DNA of 64,000 bases from Candidatus Levyibacteriota bacterium (lineage in GTDB: Bacteria > Patescibacteriota > Microgenomatia > Levybacterales > UBA12049): contig JACOXT010000003.1 of NCBI GenBank assembly GCA_016182235.1, positions 258,209 to 322,208 on the forward strand, in the 5' to 3' direction. The notes beneath the pieces were generated by a model. The model was not told the origin of the DNA, made no database searches, and was given only the letters and a program-made list of their open reading frames with translations. Below, piece after piece: positions 30,018 to 39,226 of the stretch. Within the stretch, counting starts at the first letter, position 1, and each line of letters starts with the position of its first letter. The position numbers were made by a program, and so were the translations under genes.

Positions 30018-30923
30018 ATGGATATTATTGGTAAGAAAAATTATTATTTTGTTTTGTCACTGGTTATTCTTATTCCAGGACTGGTCGCTCTTATTTTGTG
30101 GGGGCTTAATCTTTCTATTGACTTTACGGGTGGTTCAAGACTTACTCTTGCTTTTAAAGATGAGGTTAGCGAAAAAACAATACAAGGCGTACGTAAAAAT
30201 TTAGAATCTCAAAATATTGAAACATATGTACTAGAAAAATCTGATAACTTGATTTTTGTCCGTACAAGTCCAATAAGCGAAGATCAAGATAATAAACTTA
30301 TTTCCAGCTTGACAAAAAGTTTAAAAGATATACAACAAAAGGAATTCGAAACGATAGGCCCTACAATTGGCAAGGAAACTACACTAAACGCTCTTAAGGC
30401 TGTAGTTATAGCTTCCATACTTATTGTCTTTTATATAGCCTGGTCTTTTAGACATGTTCCAAAACCTGCAAGTAGTATTAGGTTTGGGGTTTGTGCGATT
30501 GTTGCATTAATTCATGACGCATTGGTTGTGGTTGGCATTTTTGCAATACTGGGACACTTTTTTGGAGTTGAAATAGATTCTCTTTTCGTAACAGCAATCC
30601 TTACGATTATAGGATTTTCTGTTCATGATACTATAGTCGTTTTCGATAGAATAAGAGAAAATCTTCGAAAAATGTCTGATTTAACATTTTCTGAGGTTGT
30701 AAATAAGTCAATTATAGAGACTTTAGTTCGTTCACTTAACACCTCTTTAACTGTTGTTCTTGTTCTTGTTTCGTTACTCCTTTTTGGAGGGGAAAGTATT
30801 CGGTGGTTTGTAGTCGCACTTTTAATAGGAATCATTAGCGGCACTTATTCATCTATTTTCAATGCCTCACCTTTTTTAGTCCTTTGGCACGAATTAAGAA
30901 GTAAGAAAAAAAATAAGATTTAA
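30018..30923 (+). CDS. secF: protein translocase subunit SecF
   Basis: IDFTGG, DTIVVFDRIRE and GTYSSIF motifs. Confidence 0.96.
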   Translation: MDIIGKKNYYFVLSLVILIPGLVALILWGLNLSIDFTGGSRLTLAFKDEVSEKTIQGVRKNLESQNIETYVLEKSDNLIFVRTSPISEDQDNKLISSLTKSLKDIQQKEFETIGPTIGKETTLNALKAVVIASILIVFYIAWSFRHVPKPASSIRFGVCAIVALIHDALVVVGIFAILGHFFGVEIDSLFVTAILTIIGFSVHDTIVVFDRIRENLRKMSDLTFSEVVNKSIIETLVRSLNTSLTVVLVLVSLLLFGGESIRWFVVALLIGIISGTYSSIFNASPFLVLWHELRSKKKNKI

Positions 30924-31369
30924 GACAGTTCTTCTTTAACAATCTTACTTACCAACCCTCCATCTGCTTTTCCTTTAATCTTGGCCATTAAAATTCCCAT
31001 TACTTTCCCCATGTCTTTGACGCTTGTAGCATTTGTTTCAATAAGCGCATCTTTTACCAATTTTCTAATTCCATCTTCATTCATCTGCTTCGGTAAGTAT
31101 TGTTGCAAAATTTGAAGTTCTTTTGTTTCTTTCTCAACCAGCTCAGGACGATTTGCATTTTTGAATTGCTCAATTGAATCCCTATGCTGTTTTGCCTCTT
31201 TTTGAATAACTGTTAATATATCTTCATCTGTTGCCTCATATCCCGCTCCGCCCTTCTGAATTTCATAATACGTAACTCCCGAAATGAGCATTCGAAGTAC
31301 GGAAGTTTTTAGTACATCTTTTGCCAACATTGATTGCTTGAGTTCTTCTTGAAATTTTTGTTTTAACAT
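30920..31369 (-). CDS. GatB/YqeY domain protein
   Basis: QYLPKQM, KDMGKVMG and GKADG motifs. Confidence 0.92.
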   Translation of the reverse strand: MLKQKFQEELKQSMLAKDVLKTSVLRMLISGVTYYEIQKGGAGYEATDEDILTVIQKEAKQHRDSIEQFKNANRPELVEKETKELQILQQYLPKQMNEDGIRKLVKDALIETNATSVKDMGKVMGILMAKIKGKADGGLVSKIVKEELS

Positions 31370-31375
31370 AATTTA

Positions 31376-31840
31376 TTACCTGTATATAATAATCATTCTT
31401 CTTATTATTATGTCATCTTTTGATTTCAAAAAATCACCAGAAAAATCAAACCAAACTCTTTTGAAAGTCTGTCTATCTATAGTTCTTAATCCACCCAATT
31501 CTGGATCCTGCAAATAAACATTTTCTTTGTCAAGATCAACAACTACAGAATAATGTCCATCGTCTGTAGAAAACCAGTCTACTATTACAGGAATATTTTT
31601 ATTAAGGATATAAAGTTCAAGGTCTTTTATATCGGAGAAATCCTTAACTATGCCTCTAAACCCTAACTCTTTTGCTGCTTTCAGCAACCCTTTTGAATCA
31701 ACGCCAGAATGAGTTGTTGCGCCGGCTAGGTCAGCCAACTCTTTTTCACTTCTTTTGGTACCAAAATAATCAAGAACCATTTTCAAAGAAGCAGGTCCAC
31801 AAAGCCCAGATGATTGTCTAAAAGGTTTTACATTTAGCAT
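31376..31840 (-). CDS. stand-alone C39-like cysteine peptidase
   Basis: RQ..GLCGPASL, GHYSVV and QDP motifs; start at ATG 31840. Confidence 0.85.
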   Translation of the reverse strand: MLNVKPFRQSSGLCGPASLKMVLDYFGTKRSEKELADLAGATTHSGVDSKGLLKAAKELGFRGIVKDFSDIKDLELYILNKNIPVIVDWFSTDDGHYSVVVDLDKENVYLQDPELGGLRTIDRQTFKRVWFDFSGDFLKSKDDIIIRRMIIIYR

Positions 31841-31841
31841 A

Positions 31842-32627
31842 TTATCCTTCCATTCTAGCAAATTGCCCTGTATCTTTGGATTTGCTAAACATGATATTAA
31901 AAAACCAGAGGGAAAGCAGAAAGTAGAAAATGTTCCATCCAAACGCGATTCCAATATTAAGAAAGTCGATAGATGGATTTGTAAGGCTTTCTCTTGCTGC
32001 TTCAAAAACATAAGTAGCAGGAAGTAAATATGCTATTGTCTGAAGAGAATTGGGAAGGACGCTAACTGGAAAAAACATAGCGGTTAAGGGTTGAAAAATA
32101 AAAATGCTTCCCCATGCAAAAGCTTGGATTCTCGTACCATATCTAAATATTAGCCCAAGAATGAAAATTCCAACAGACCAAGCAAAAATAGTAAGGTTGA
32201 TAAAGAAAAAGGATAAATTTAAGATACCCATGCTAAAGACGTTAAATTGAAAAACAAGTAACGAAATAATTGCTACGAACATAAAAATTAAAAGCGCTTT
32301 TATTACTCCAGCCATCATCTCAGCTACGATATACTCTCTTAGCGATAAAGGGGTAATGAACATATTGCTTAGATTCTTAGACCATACATTCCAAAGGCTG
32401 CCAACAGACATAGAATATTGTGTAACTCTAATTATTTCCCAAAGGAGCATTCCCAATAGCAGGTAGCGGCCGGCTTGAGGATTATCCTTTGACAAAAAGA
32501 TAAATACGAATCCAAATACAACTATGTTTATTACTGAAAAATAAAAAAGATCTATAATTACCTCCAGAGAGCGTTTGGTAATATACAATTCCTGAAGAAG
32601 TATTGCTTTAATTATTTGAATTGACAT
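31842..32627 (-). CDS. ABC-2 type permease
   Basis: Six TM segments, FFPVSVLP...LLPATYVFEAAR. Confidence 0.88.
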   Translation of the reverse strand: MSIQIIKAILLQELYITKRSLEVIIDLFYFSVINIVVFGFVFIFLSKDNPQAGRYLLLGMLLWEIIRVTQYSMSVGSLWNVWSKNLSNMFITPLSLREYIVAEMMAGVIKALLIFMFVAIISLLVFQFNVFSMGILNLSFFFINLTIFAWSVGIFILGLIFRYGTRIQAFAWGSIFIFQPLTAMFFPVSVLPNSLQTIAYLLPATYVFEAARESLTNPSIDFLNIGIAFGWNIFYFLLSLWFFNIMFSKSKDTGQFARMEG

Positions 32628-33546
32628 ATTTATCTTTCCTTGCCATTTGCAGAAAGAAGTCTTCAAGCGTTGGCTTCTTTACTTCAATATCGGTAATCCA
32701 TATCCCACTCTCACCAAGTCCAAAAATAATCTTTGGGATAAATCTCTCTTCAGTACTGATTATTACTAGATTATTATCTGTAAGAGCATACTTTTGATTG
32801 TGGTCTTTCAAATATTTTTTAACAGTATTCTTGTCACCGTCAAATATTAATCTTAGCTGAGTTCTTGATATGCGTTTAGTAAGACCAAGAGGGGAATCTT
32901 CCGCAACGATTCTACCATGATCTAAAAAGATTACCCTATCGCAAACTCTGGTAATCTCGTCCATATTATGGCTTGTGTACAATAAAGATATATTTCTTGA
33001 TTTTTTAAGCATCTCAATTAACGAAAGTGTTTTATCTGCAATATCTGGATCTAAGCTGGCGGTGGGTTCGTCCATGAGGATAATCTCCGGATCATTAATA
33101 AGAGCCTTAATAAGGTTGACTCGGGTTTTTTGCCCTGCAGATAAGTCCCAGTAACGAGTTGAGAGCATATCGGTAATTTCAAAATACTCGACAAAATCCA
33201 TTATTTTTTTTCTTGGATTTTTTACTCTATAAAGATTGGCAAAGACCAGTAAGTTTTCCCAAATAGAGATCCTACCCTGGAGAGTATTAAACGCTGATGC
33301 AAAGTTAACTCTTTGTAGGCAATATCGTCGATTGCTGTATAAATCTTTACCAAAATATTTAATAGTGCCATTAGTAGTCTGAGTAATGCCAAGAAGCATA
33401 TGGATTGTGGTTGTTTTTCCTGCGCCATTTGGTCCAAGAAGGCCTAATACTTCTCCTTTTTTCAAAGAAAAAGAAATATCATGAACTGCAGTGAAATCTT
33501 TAAATTTTTTGGTAAGGTTTCTCACTTCTAAAATCGAATTATCCAT
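32608..33546 (-). CDS. ABC transporter ATP-binding protein
   Basis: GPNGAGKTT, LSAGQ, DEPT and C-terminal PTLED. Confidence 0.95.
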   Translation of the reverse strand: MDNSILEVRNLTKKFKDFTAVHDISFSLKKGEVLGLLGPNGAGKTTTIHMLLGITQTTNGTIKYFGKDLYSNRRYCLQRVNFASAFNTLQGRISIWENLLVFANLYRVKNPRKKIMDFVEYFEITDMLSTRYWDLSAGQKTRVNLIKALINDPEIILMDEPTASLDPDIADKTLSLIEMLKKSRNISLLYTSHNMDEITRVCDRVIFLDHGRIVAEDSPLGLTKRISRTQLRLIFDGDKNTVKKYLKDHNQKYALTDNNLVIISTEERFIPKIIFGLGESGIWITDIEVKKPTLEDFFLQMARKDKYVNSNN

Positions 33547-33607
33547 AGCTTCTTAGATTGTATCATCTTTAAGGATTTAATTTAAACGGAAGATTTGGAG
33601 AAGTAAA

Positions 33608-33631
33608 TTATCGTTGACTAGACGACGATAA
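33608..33631. promoter_or_regulatory. CTAG-centred imperfect palindrome downstream of the second TrpR-like gene
   Basis: TTATCGTTGACTAGACGACGATAA; 17/18 inverted match to 34060-34077. Confidence 0.65.
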
Positions 33632-33642
33632 ATTGTCTAACA

Positions 33643-34053
33643 TTATCTTTTTATATCAGTTCTTTTAATACCGGTATATTCTCTTTTTTTGAATACAAGC
33701 TGGGATCCTCCGATTGAACGATACTTTTTCTCTTTATATTCTTTTTCCACTTTTTTACCTCGTTTTTCAATAAGTTCAAATGCAATAGGACGATTGTCGA
33801 GTTGTCTCATTACCGAAAAAATTGTGTTTTTTCCTACTTTGAGTTCTTTTACAATCTCCTCTATATGTATTCCTGATTTAATATATTCGGCTATAATTAT
33901 TCTTCTTCCGATCTTCATTTTTTCATCATGAGTTAAGAGACCGTTTATAATTTCATCTACTTCATTTCCATCTTTTGCAGCAAGGAATACATCTCGCAGT
34001 CTATTGAAGGCTTCATATATAAGCTCTTTCGTCAGAAATTTGTACCTTCTCAT
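33643..34053 (-). CDS. TrpR-like (YerC/YecD) regulator
   Basis: GLLTHDEKMKIGRRIIIA...EEIVKELKVGKNTI. Confidence 0.8.
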   Translation of the reverse strand: MRRYKFLTKELIYEAFNRLRDVFLAAKDGNEVDEIINGLLTHDEKMKIGRRIIIAEYIKSGIHIEEIVKELKVGKNTIFSVMRQLDNRPIAFELIEKRGKKVEKEYKEKKYRSIGGSQLVFKKREYTGIKRTDIKR

Positions 34054-34059
34054 ACTGAG

Positions 34060-34077
34060 TATCGTTGTCTAGTCAAC
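34060..34077. promoter_or_regulatory. CTAG-centred palindrome upstream of the second TrpR-like gene
   Basis: TATCGTTGTCTAGTCAAC, 6 nt before the ATG. Confidence 0.65.
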
Positions 34078-34152
34078 AAAATAAAAATAAAATCTAAAAC
34101 GAAAACATTGTTGTTATAGTAACTTTTATTTTTTAATGTATTGAATCTTATA

Positions 34153-35529
34153 TTATCTGAGACTTTTGATTCTTGTTAGCAAATATTCTCGATTATTTTT
34201 TGATAAATCTTCATCGACCTCTTCGAAAAGTTTTTGGAGAATCTCACCAACCTTTGGACTTGGTTTAATATTCAGTTCTCCCATAATATCATTACCGTCA
34301 ATTGCTAAGTCATTGATAGAAAAAGGCAAAGGCTTGAGTTGGTCTTCAATCCGTTTTTTAAAAAGCTTTAGTCTCCAGCTTTCAGCGGTTTGCGTCCCTC
34401 CTCCCAGCCGATCACCGATTCGAAGATCCATCATGTCTTTTACATTTTCCACTCCAACTCTTCGAATAAATCTTCGGATAGCTGCATCTGTTATTTTTTC
34501 ATCAACTGTAAACATATGCCAACGAATAAGATTGACTGTTTTATCTCGGTCCTGCCTAGAGAATTTTAATCTTTCGCAAATAGCTTTTGCAATTCGTGAT
34601 CCTGCGATTTCGTGATTATGAAAAATAACAAATCCTTGTTCGTCAAATCCTCGGACTTTTGGCTTTCCAACATCGTGAAGAAGTGTTGCGAATCGGACAA
34701 CTGGATCTTCTGAGGGGCAAAATCTTAATGATAAAAGATTGTGGGTAAACACATCGTCCACATGATGTCGGCCAGGCCTTGCCTGAGAAATACCGATGCC
34801 TTCAATGATCTCTGGGAGAATAAAAGTTAAAAGACCTGCGTTTTTTAAGAGCATAACGCCTTCATATGGACTGCCGCTCGCCAAAATTCTAAGTAGCTCA
34901 ATACGTATCCTTTCTCCTGAGATATTGGTAATAAGTTTTGCGTCTGAAATTATTTCTTGCCAGGTTTTTTCCTCAATCGTAAAAGAATGATCGGTTGCGA
35001 TTCGAACAGCCCGCATAAGCCGAAGCGCGTCTTCCTTAAACCGTATTTTTGGATCTCCGACAGCACGAACTATTTTTAGTTTGATATCGTTTTGGCCGTT
35101 GTAGGGATCAATTATTTCAAAGTTTTGGGGTTTACCCTGAGCAAATGAAGGGAGTTGAAGGGCTATTGCATTTATGGTAAAATCGCGGCGGGCGAGGTCT
35201 TCTTCAATTGACTTTCCCCACCGAACAGAATCTGGTCTTCTTCTATCGCTGTAACCCTTTTCAGTCCTGAACGTAGTTATTTCTACGACCATTTTCTTAT
35301 TTCCAACTTCTATTGGGATTCCAACTGTTCCAAATTTATTATCGTAAAAACCATCAAGAAAAAGTTCTAAGATTTGTTCAGGCGTTGCATTTGTAGTCAT
35401 ATCCCAGTCCTTTACTGGTTTTTTAAGAAGTAAATTGCGGACGCATCCTCCAACTAAATATACGTCAAAACCAGCGTTTACAAATTTTTTATAAACAGCA
35501 ATAATTTCTTCTGGAATATGCTTAGTCAT
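34153..35529 (-). CDS. cca: CCA tRNA nucleotidyltransferase with HD domain
   Basis: LVGGCVR..DWD, RRDFTINA, EDALR and LLHDVGK motifs. Confidence 0.92.
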   Translation of the reverse strand: MTKHIPEEIIAVYKKFVNAGFDVYLVGGCVRNLLLKKPVKDWDMTTNATPEQILELFLDGFYDNKFGTVGIPIEVGNKKMVVEITTFRTEKGYSDRRRPDSVRWGKSIEEDLARRDFTINAIALQLPSFAQGKPQNFEIIDPYNGQNDIKLKIVRAVGDPKIRFKEDALRLMRAVRIATDHSFTIEEKTWQEIISDAKLITNISGERIRIELLRILASGSPYEGVMLLKNAGLLTFILPEIIEGIGISQARPGRHHVDDVFTHNLLSLRFCPSEDPVVRFATLLHDVGKPKVRGFDEQGFVIFHNHEIAGSRIAKAICERLKFSRQDRDKTVNLIRWHMFTVDEKITDAAIRRFIRRVGVENVKDMMDLRIGDRLGGGTQTAESWRLKLFKKRIEDQLKPLPFSINDLAIDGNDIMGELNIKPSPKVGEILQKLFEEVDEDLSKNNREYLLTRIKSLR

Positions 35530-35558
35530 CCTGTTATAGTATAGCAGAAGTATGAAGT

Positions 35559-37313
35559 ATGAAGGATGAAATAAGAAGTAAGAAAAAATGGAAAATCTTG
35601 AGCGAATCAGGAATTAGGAATCAGAAAATGGGAATCAGAAAATTGATAAAAATTTTACTGAATAATCGGGGGATTAAGACGAAGAAAGAGACTGAAGGGT
35701 TTTTGAACCCAAGACTTGAGAGCGTCACCGTTGAGAATGTCGGAATTAATAAAAAAGAACTAAAAAAGGCAATTATTAGAATTAAAGACGCAATAAAGAA
35801 AAATGAACAAATTGTAATTTTTGGTGATTATGATGTTGATGGAATTTGTGGTACAGCCATTCTTTGGGAAACTCTAAATAAATTGGGAGCAAAAGTCATT
35901 CCCTATATTCCTCACCGAGCTGAAGAGGGTTATGGGTTGTCAATTACTGGAATATCAAATATTAAGAATAAAATACCTGTCTCGCCGACAGGCGGGCAAA
36001 ATATAAAATTAATTATAACTGTTGATAATGGGATTGTCGCAAATAAAGCTGTTGAATTTGCAAATAAAAATGAAATAGATGTAATTATTACCGATCATCA
36101 TGTTGCCTCTAAAAAATTGCCAGATGCTTTGGCGATTGTACATACGACCAAACTTTGCGGAACAGGAGTGGCTTGGTTGCTATCTAAAAATGTCATTCTG
36201 AGTGAAGCGAAGAATCCAGGAGATCCTTCGGCTATGCCTCAGGATGACAATATGAATGAAAGTCATCTGGAGCTTGTGGCGTTGGCGACTGTTGCGGATT
36301 TGGTTCCATTACAAGGGGCAAATAGAACTCTCTTGAAGTCTGGATTAGAGAGTTTAGGAAAAACAAAAAGAGTAGGGCTTTTGGAATTATTTAAGGAGGG
36401 AGGATTAGATAAAAATTCAATTGGGGTTTACGAAATAGGACATATTATCGCGCCTCGACTTAATGCTATGGGTCGCCTAGAGTATGCTATGGATAGTCTT
36501 AGGCTTCTTTGCACTAACAATAAAAAAAAGGCGGAAGAATTAGCCATGCTTTTGGGAAATACCAATAGGGAAAGACAGGAATTAACTATGCAAACAGTTT
36601 TACATGCAAAAGACTCAATTTCAGATAATGGGTTATCGTCAAAGAAACTTTTGTTTGTTGCTCATAAGAATTATGAACAGGGTATTATTGGTCTTGTCGC
36701 TGGGAAGATGGTTGATGAATATTATCGTCCGTCAATTGTTGTTTCCATTGGGGAAAAAATAAGTAAAGGATCAGCAAGATCTGTAAGCGGATTTAATATT
36801 ATTGAATTTATTCGAGAGTCCTCCTCGTATCTTGTTGACGCTGGAGGACATCCGATGGCGGCAGGTTTTACAGTCGAAACAACAAAGCTTTTAGAGCTTC
36901 GAAAAGACTTAGAAGAAAGAGTTCAGTCTTTGATTGATGGTGAAACGCTTGCTCGAAGCTTAAATATTGACTGTGAGTTACCGCTGTCTTTGGTTAATCA
37001 AGATGTTTATGATGCCCTCCAAAGATTGGCACCTTTTGGAATGAAAAATCCAGAGCCTGCATTTATGGCAAAGGATGTAGAAATAGAAGATTTGAGATTA
37101 GTAGGTTATAACTCTAATCATTTAAAGCTAAGGCTGAGAGATTCCTCAAAAACAATTGATGCGATCGCATTTGGCATGGGAGAGATGTCAAAAGAAGTAC
37201 ATGTAGGAGACAAAATAAGTGTTGTATATGTAATTGATGAAAATGTTTGGAATGGAAATAAAAAATTACAGCTGAAAATTAAAGATATTAGAAGATTTAT
37301 TTATCTAACTTGA
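35559..37313 (+). CDS. recJ: ssDNA exonuclease RecJ
   Basis: GDYDVDG, TVDNG, TDHH, PRLNA.GR and GGHPMAAG motifs. Confidence 0.96.
   Translation: MKDEIRSKKKWKILSESGIRNQKMGIRKLIKILLNNRGIKTKKETEGFLNPRLESVTVENVGINKKELKKAIIRIKDAIKKNEQIVIFGDYDVDGICGTAILWETLNKLGAKVIPYIPHRAEEGYGLSITGISNIKNKIPVSPTGGQNIKLIITVDNGIVANKAVEFANKNEIDVIITDHHVASKKLPDALAIVHTTKLCGTGVAWLLSKNVILSEAKNPGDPSAMPQDDNMNESHLELVALATVADLVPLQGANRTLLKSGLESLGKTKRVGLLELFKEGGLDKNSIGVYEIGHIIAPRLNAMGRLEYAMDSLRLLCTNNKKKAEELAMLLGNTNRERQELTMQTVLHAKDSISDNGLSSKKLLFVAHKNYEQGIIGLVAGKMVDEYYRPSIVVSIGEKISKGSARSVSGFNIIEFIRESSSYLVDAGGHPMAAGFTVETTKLLELRKDLEERVQSLIDGETLARSLNIDCELPLSLVNQDVYDALQRLAPFGMKNPEPAFMAKDVEIEDLRLVGYNSNHLKLRLRDSSKTIDAIAFGMGEMSKEVHVGDKISVVYVIDENVWNGNKKLQLKIKDIRRFIYLT
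36191..36249. repeat. palindromic element translated within recJ
   Basis: TGTCATTCTGAG...CTCAGGATGACA terminal stem; encodes VILSEAKNPGDPSAMPQDD. Confidence 0.75.
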
Positions 37314-37651
37314 TTATTTACTCGACCTAGACCATTAACAATGCTTACTAAATTAGTAGATATATCGTGTTGTTCACGTGCTGTTGCCGCATGAAATTTA
37401 CCTATTATTGCTGTTACATTATTTCGAACTGCTCTCCTGTCAACACCCAATCCTAGGAGATGGTTAGCGTAAGTATTTACACAACTTTCAAAGCCATCTT
37501 TATCTACAACATGGTTTGGGTATATTTGATATACTCCATCGTCATAGCATGCCCCTATAGCTCCTCCGTCAACTGCTCTTCGTAAATTATCAAATACACT
37601 TTGTGCATACGATGAAGAAGCATGTGTTGTCCTGCTTTCTATTTCAGTCAT
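37301..37651 (-). CDS. hypothetical protein
   Basis: ORF from ATG 37651, convergent with recJ; no recognised motif. Confidence 0.55.
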   Translation of the reverse strand: MTEIESRTTHASSSYAQSVFDNLRRAVDGGAIGACYDDGVYQIYPNHVVDKDGFESCVNTYANHLLGLGVDRRAVRNNVTAIIGKFHAATAREQHDISTNLVSIVNGLGRVNNQVR

Positions 37652-37873
37652 ATAATAAAATAAAGTCGCATATATGCGACTATTGACTAATAAGATACAG
37701 TTTTTTAAAAAGTCTAGCTTGACGTTTGTCTGACAAAAAGATGACATCTTGTAATCTAGATTACAAGATTTTTCGAAATGACTTAAAGATTGCTTCGTTA
37801 CGCCAAGTCAGACTACGCTCGCAATGACAGCTTGGACTTGCTATGGTCAACATAAATGATTAAAATATGAATT

Positions 37874-39226
37874 GTGGAGAGAACACTGATTAGAGACACG
37901 ACTGCCAAGATTAACAAAGAAGTTCTTCTTAAAGGTTGGATTAAGACAAGACGAGATCATGGGAATCTTATATTTCTAGATCTATATGACCGGTCAGGTT
38001 TGATACAAATGGTTGTAAATCCCAAAGTCTCCGGAGATTCCTATAAAATTGCTCAAGAAATTAAAACAGAGTTTGTAGTTGAAGTTATAGGCAAAGTGAA
38101 TAAAAGACCAAAAAACGCAGTTAACAAAAACTTATTAACTGGGGAGGTCGAGATTGAGGTTTTAAAAATTATTATTCTTTCAAAAGCAGAGACTCTCCCA
38201 TTTGATATGGGAGGTGAAGATTTAAATCTGGAACTTCCAACTCTTTTGGATCATAGACCTTTAACTCTTCGTCATTTAAAAATTAAATCTATATTTGAGG
38301 TGCAAGAATTTATAGCAGATTCTTTCAGAAAAAAAGCAAAAGATTTAGGTTGCACAGAAATTTTTGTGCCGACCATTTCTGCGTCTGCAACAGAAGGAGG
38401 CGCAGATGTGTTTGGGATAGACTATTATAGTCATAGGGCTTATTTAACCCAGAGTCCTCAGCTTTACAAGCAAATGATGGTGCCTGTATTTGAAAGGGTA
38501 TTTACGATTGCCAAGGCGTATAGGGCAGAACCCTCGGTTACAACAAGACATTTATCCGAGGTGACTCAAATGGACTGTGAGTTTGGTTTTATAGATTTTA
38601 ATATGCTTTTAGATTTGCTGGAAGATGTCGGAAGAGAGACTATAAAAGGCGCAGTGGAAAAGACTTCCCATGTTCTTAAATTATTAAATATTGAGAAGCC
38701 AAAAATAAAAACAAAAATTCCAAGACTAGCTCTAAGAGAAGCACAAGAAATTATTTACAAAAAGTTAGGAAGAGATAATAGGAATGAACCAGATCTTTCG
38801 CCTCAAGATGAAATAGATTTAGGTATTTGGGCAGAAAAAGAGCATGGAAGCGATCTTGTAACAATTACTCATTTCCCAACAAAAAAACGCGCTTTTTATA
38901 CAATGCCTGATCCTACGAAATCAGAATATAGTTTGAGTTATGATTTATTATTTAAGGGGTCGGAAATTGCTTCGGGATCACAAAGAATAAATGATTATTC
39001 AGCAGTCGTTAAAGCGATAAAAGATAGGGGATTAAATCCTAAAGACTTTGAGATGTATTTAATGGCTTTTAAATACGGTATGCCACAAGAAGGGGGATTT
39101 TCTTTTGGACTTGAGAGAATGACGATGAAGTTGTTAAGCCTTACAAATATTCGGGAGGCGAGTTTATACCCCCGGGATATGGAGCGAGTAGATGAAAGAT
39201 TTTCATCAGTATCTAAAAAAGATTAG
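37874..39226 (+). CDS. aspS: aspartate-tRNA ligase, archaeal/non-discriminating type
   Basis: OB fold, EGGA, LTQSPQLYKQ, YRAE and FGLER motifs; 450 aa without a GAD insert. Confidence 0.9.
   Translation: MERTLIRDTTAKINKEVLLKGWIKTRRDHGNLIFLDLYDRSGLIQMVVNPKVSGDSYKIAQEIKTEFVVEVIGKVNKRPKNAVNKNLLTGEVEIEVLKIIILSKAETLPFDMGGEDLNLELPTLLDHRPLTLRHLKIKSIFEVQEFIADSFRKKAKDLGCTEIFVPTISASATEGGADVFGIDYYSHRAYLTQSPQLYKQMMVPVFERVFTIAKAYRAEPSVTTRHLSEVTQMDCEFGFIDFNMLLDLLEDVGRETIKGAVEKTSHVLKLLNIEKPKIKTKIPRLALREAQEIIYKKLGRDNRNEPDLSPQDEIDLGIWAEKEHGSDLVTITHFPTKKRAFYTMPDPTKSEYSLSYDLLFKGSEIASGSQRINDYSAVVKAIKDRGLNPKDFEMYLMAFKYGMPQEGGFSFGLERMTMKLLSLTNIREASLYPRDMERVDERFSSVSKKD

Noticed and set aside
31841..32011. N-terminal extension of the C39 peptidase overlapping the permease
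   Set aside because: The family-like sequence begins at ATG 31840
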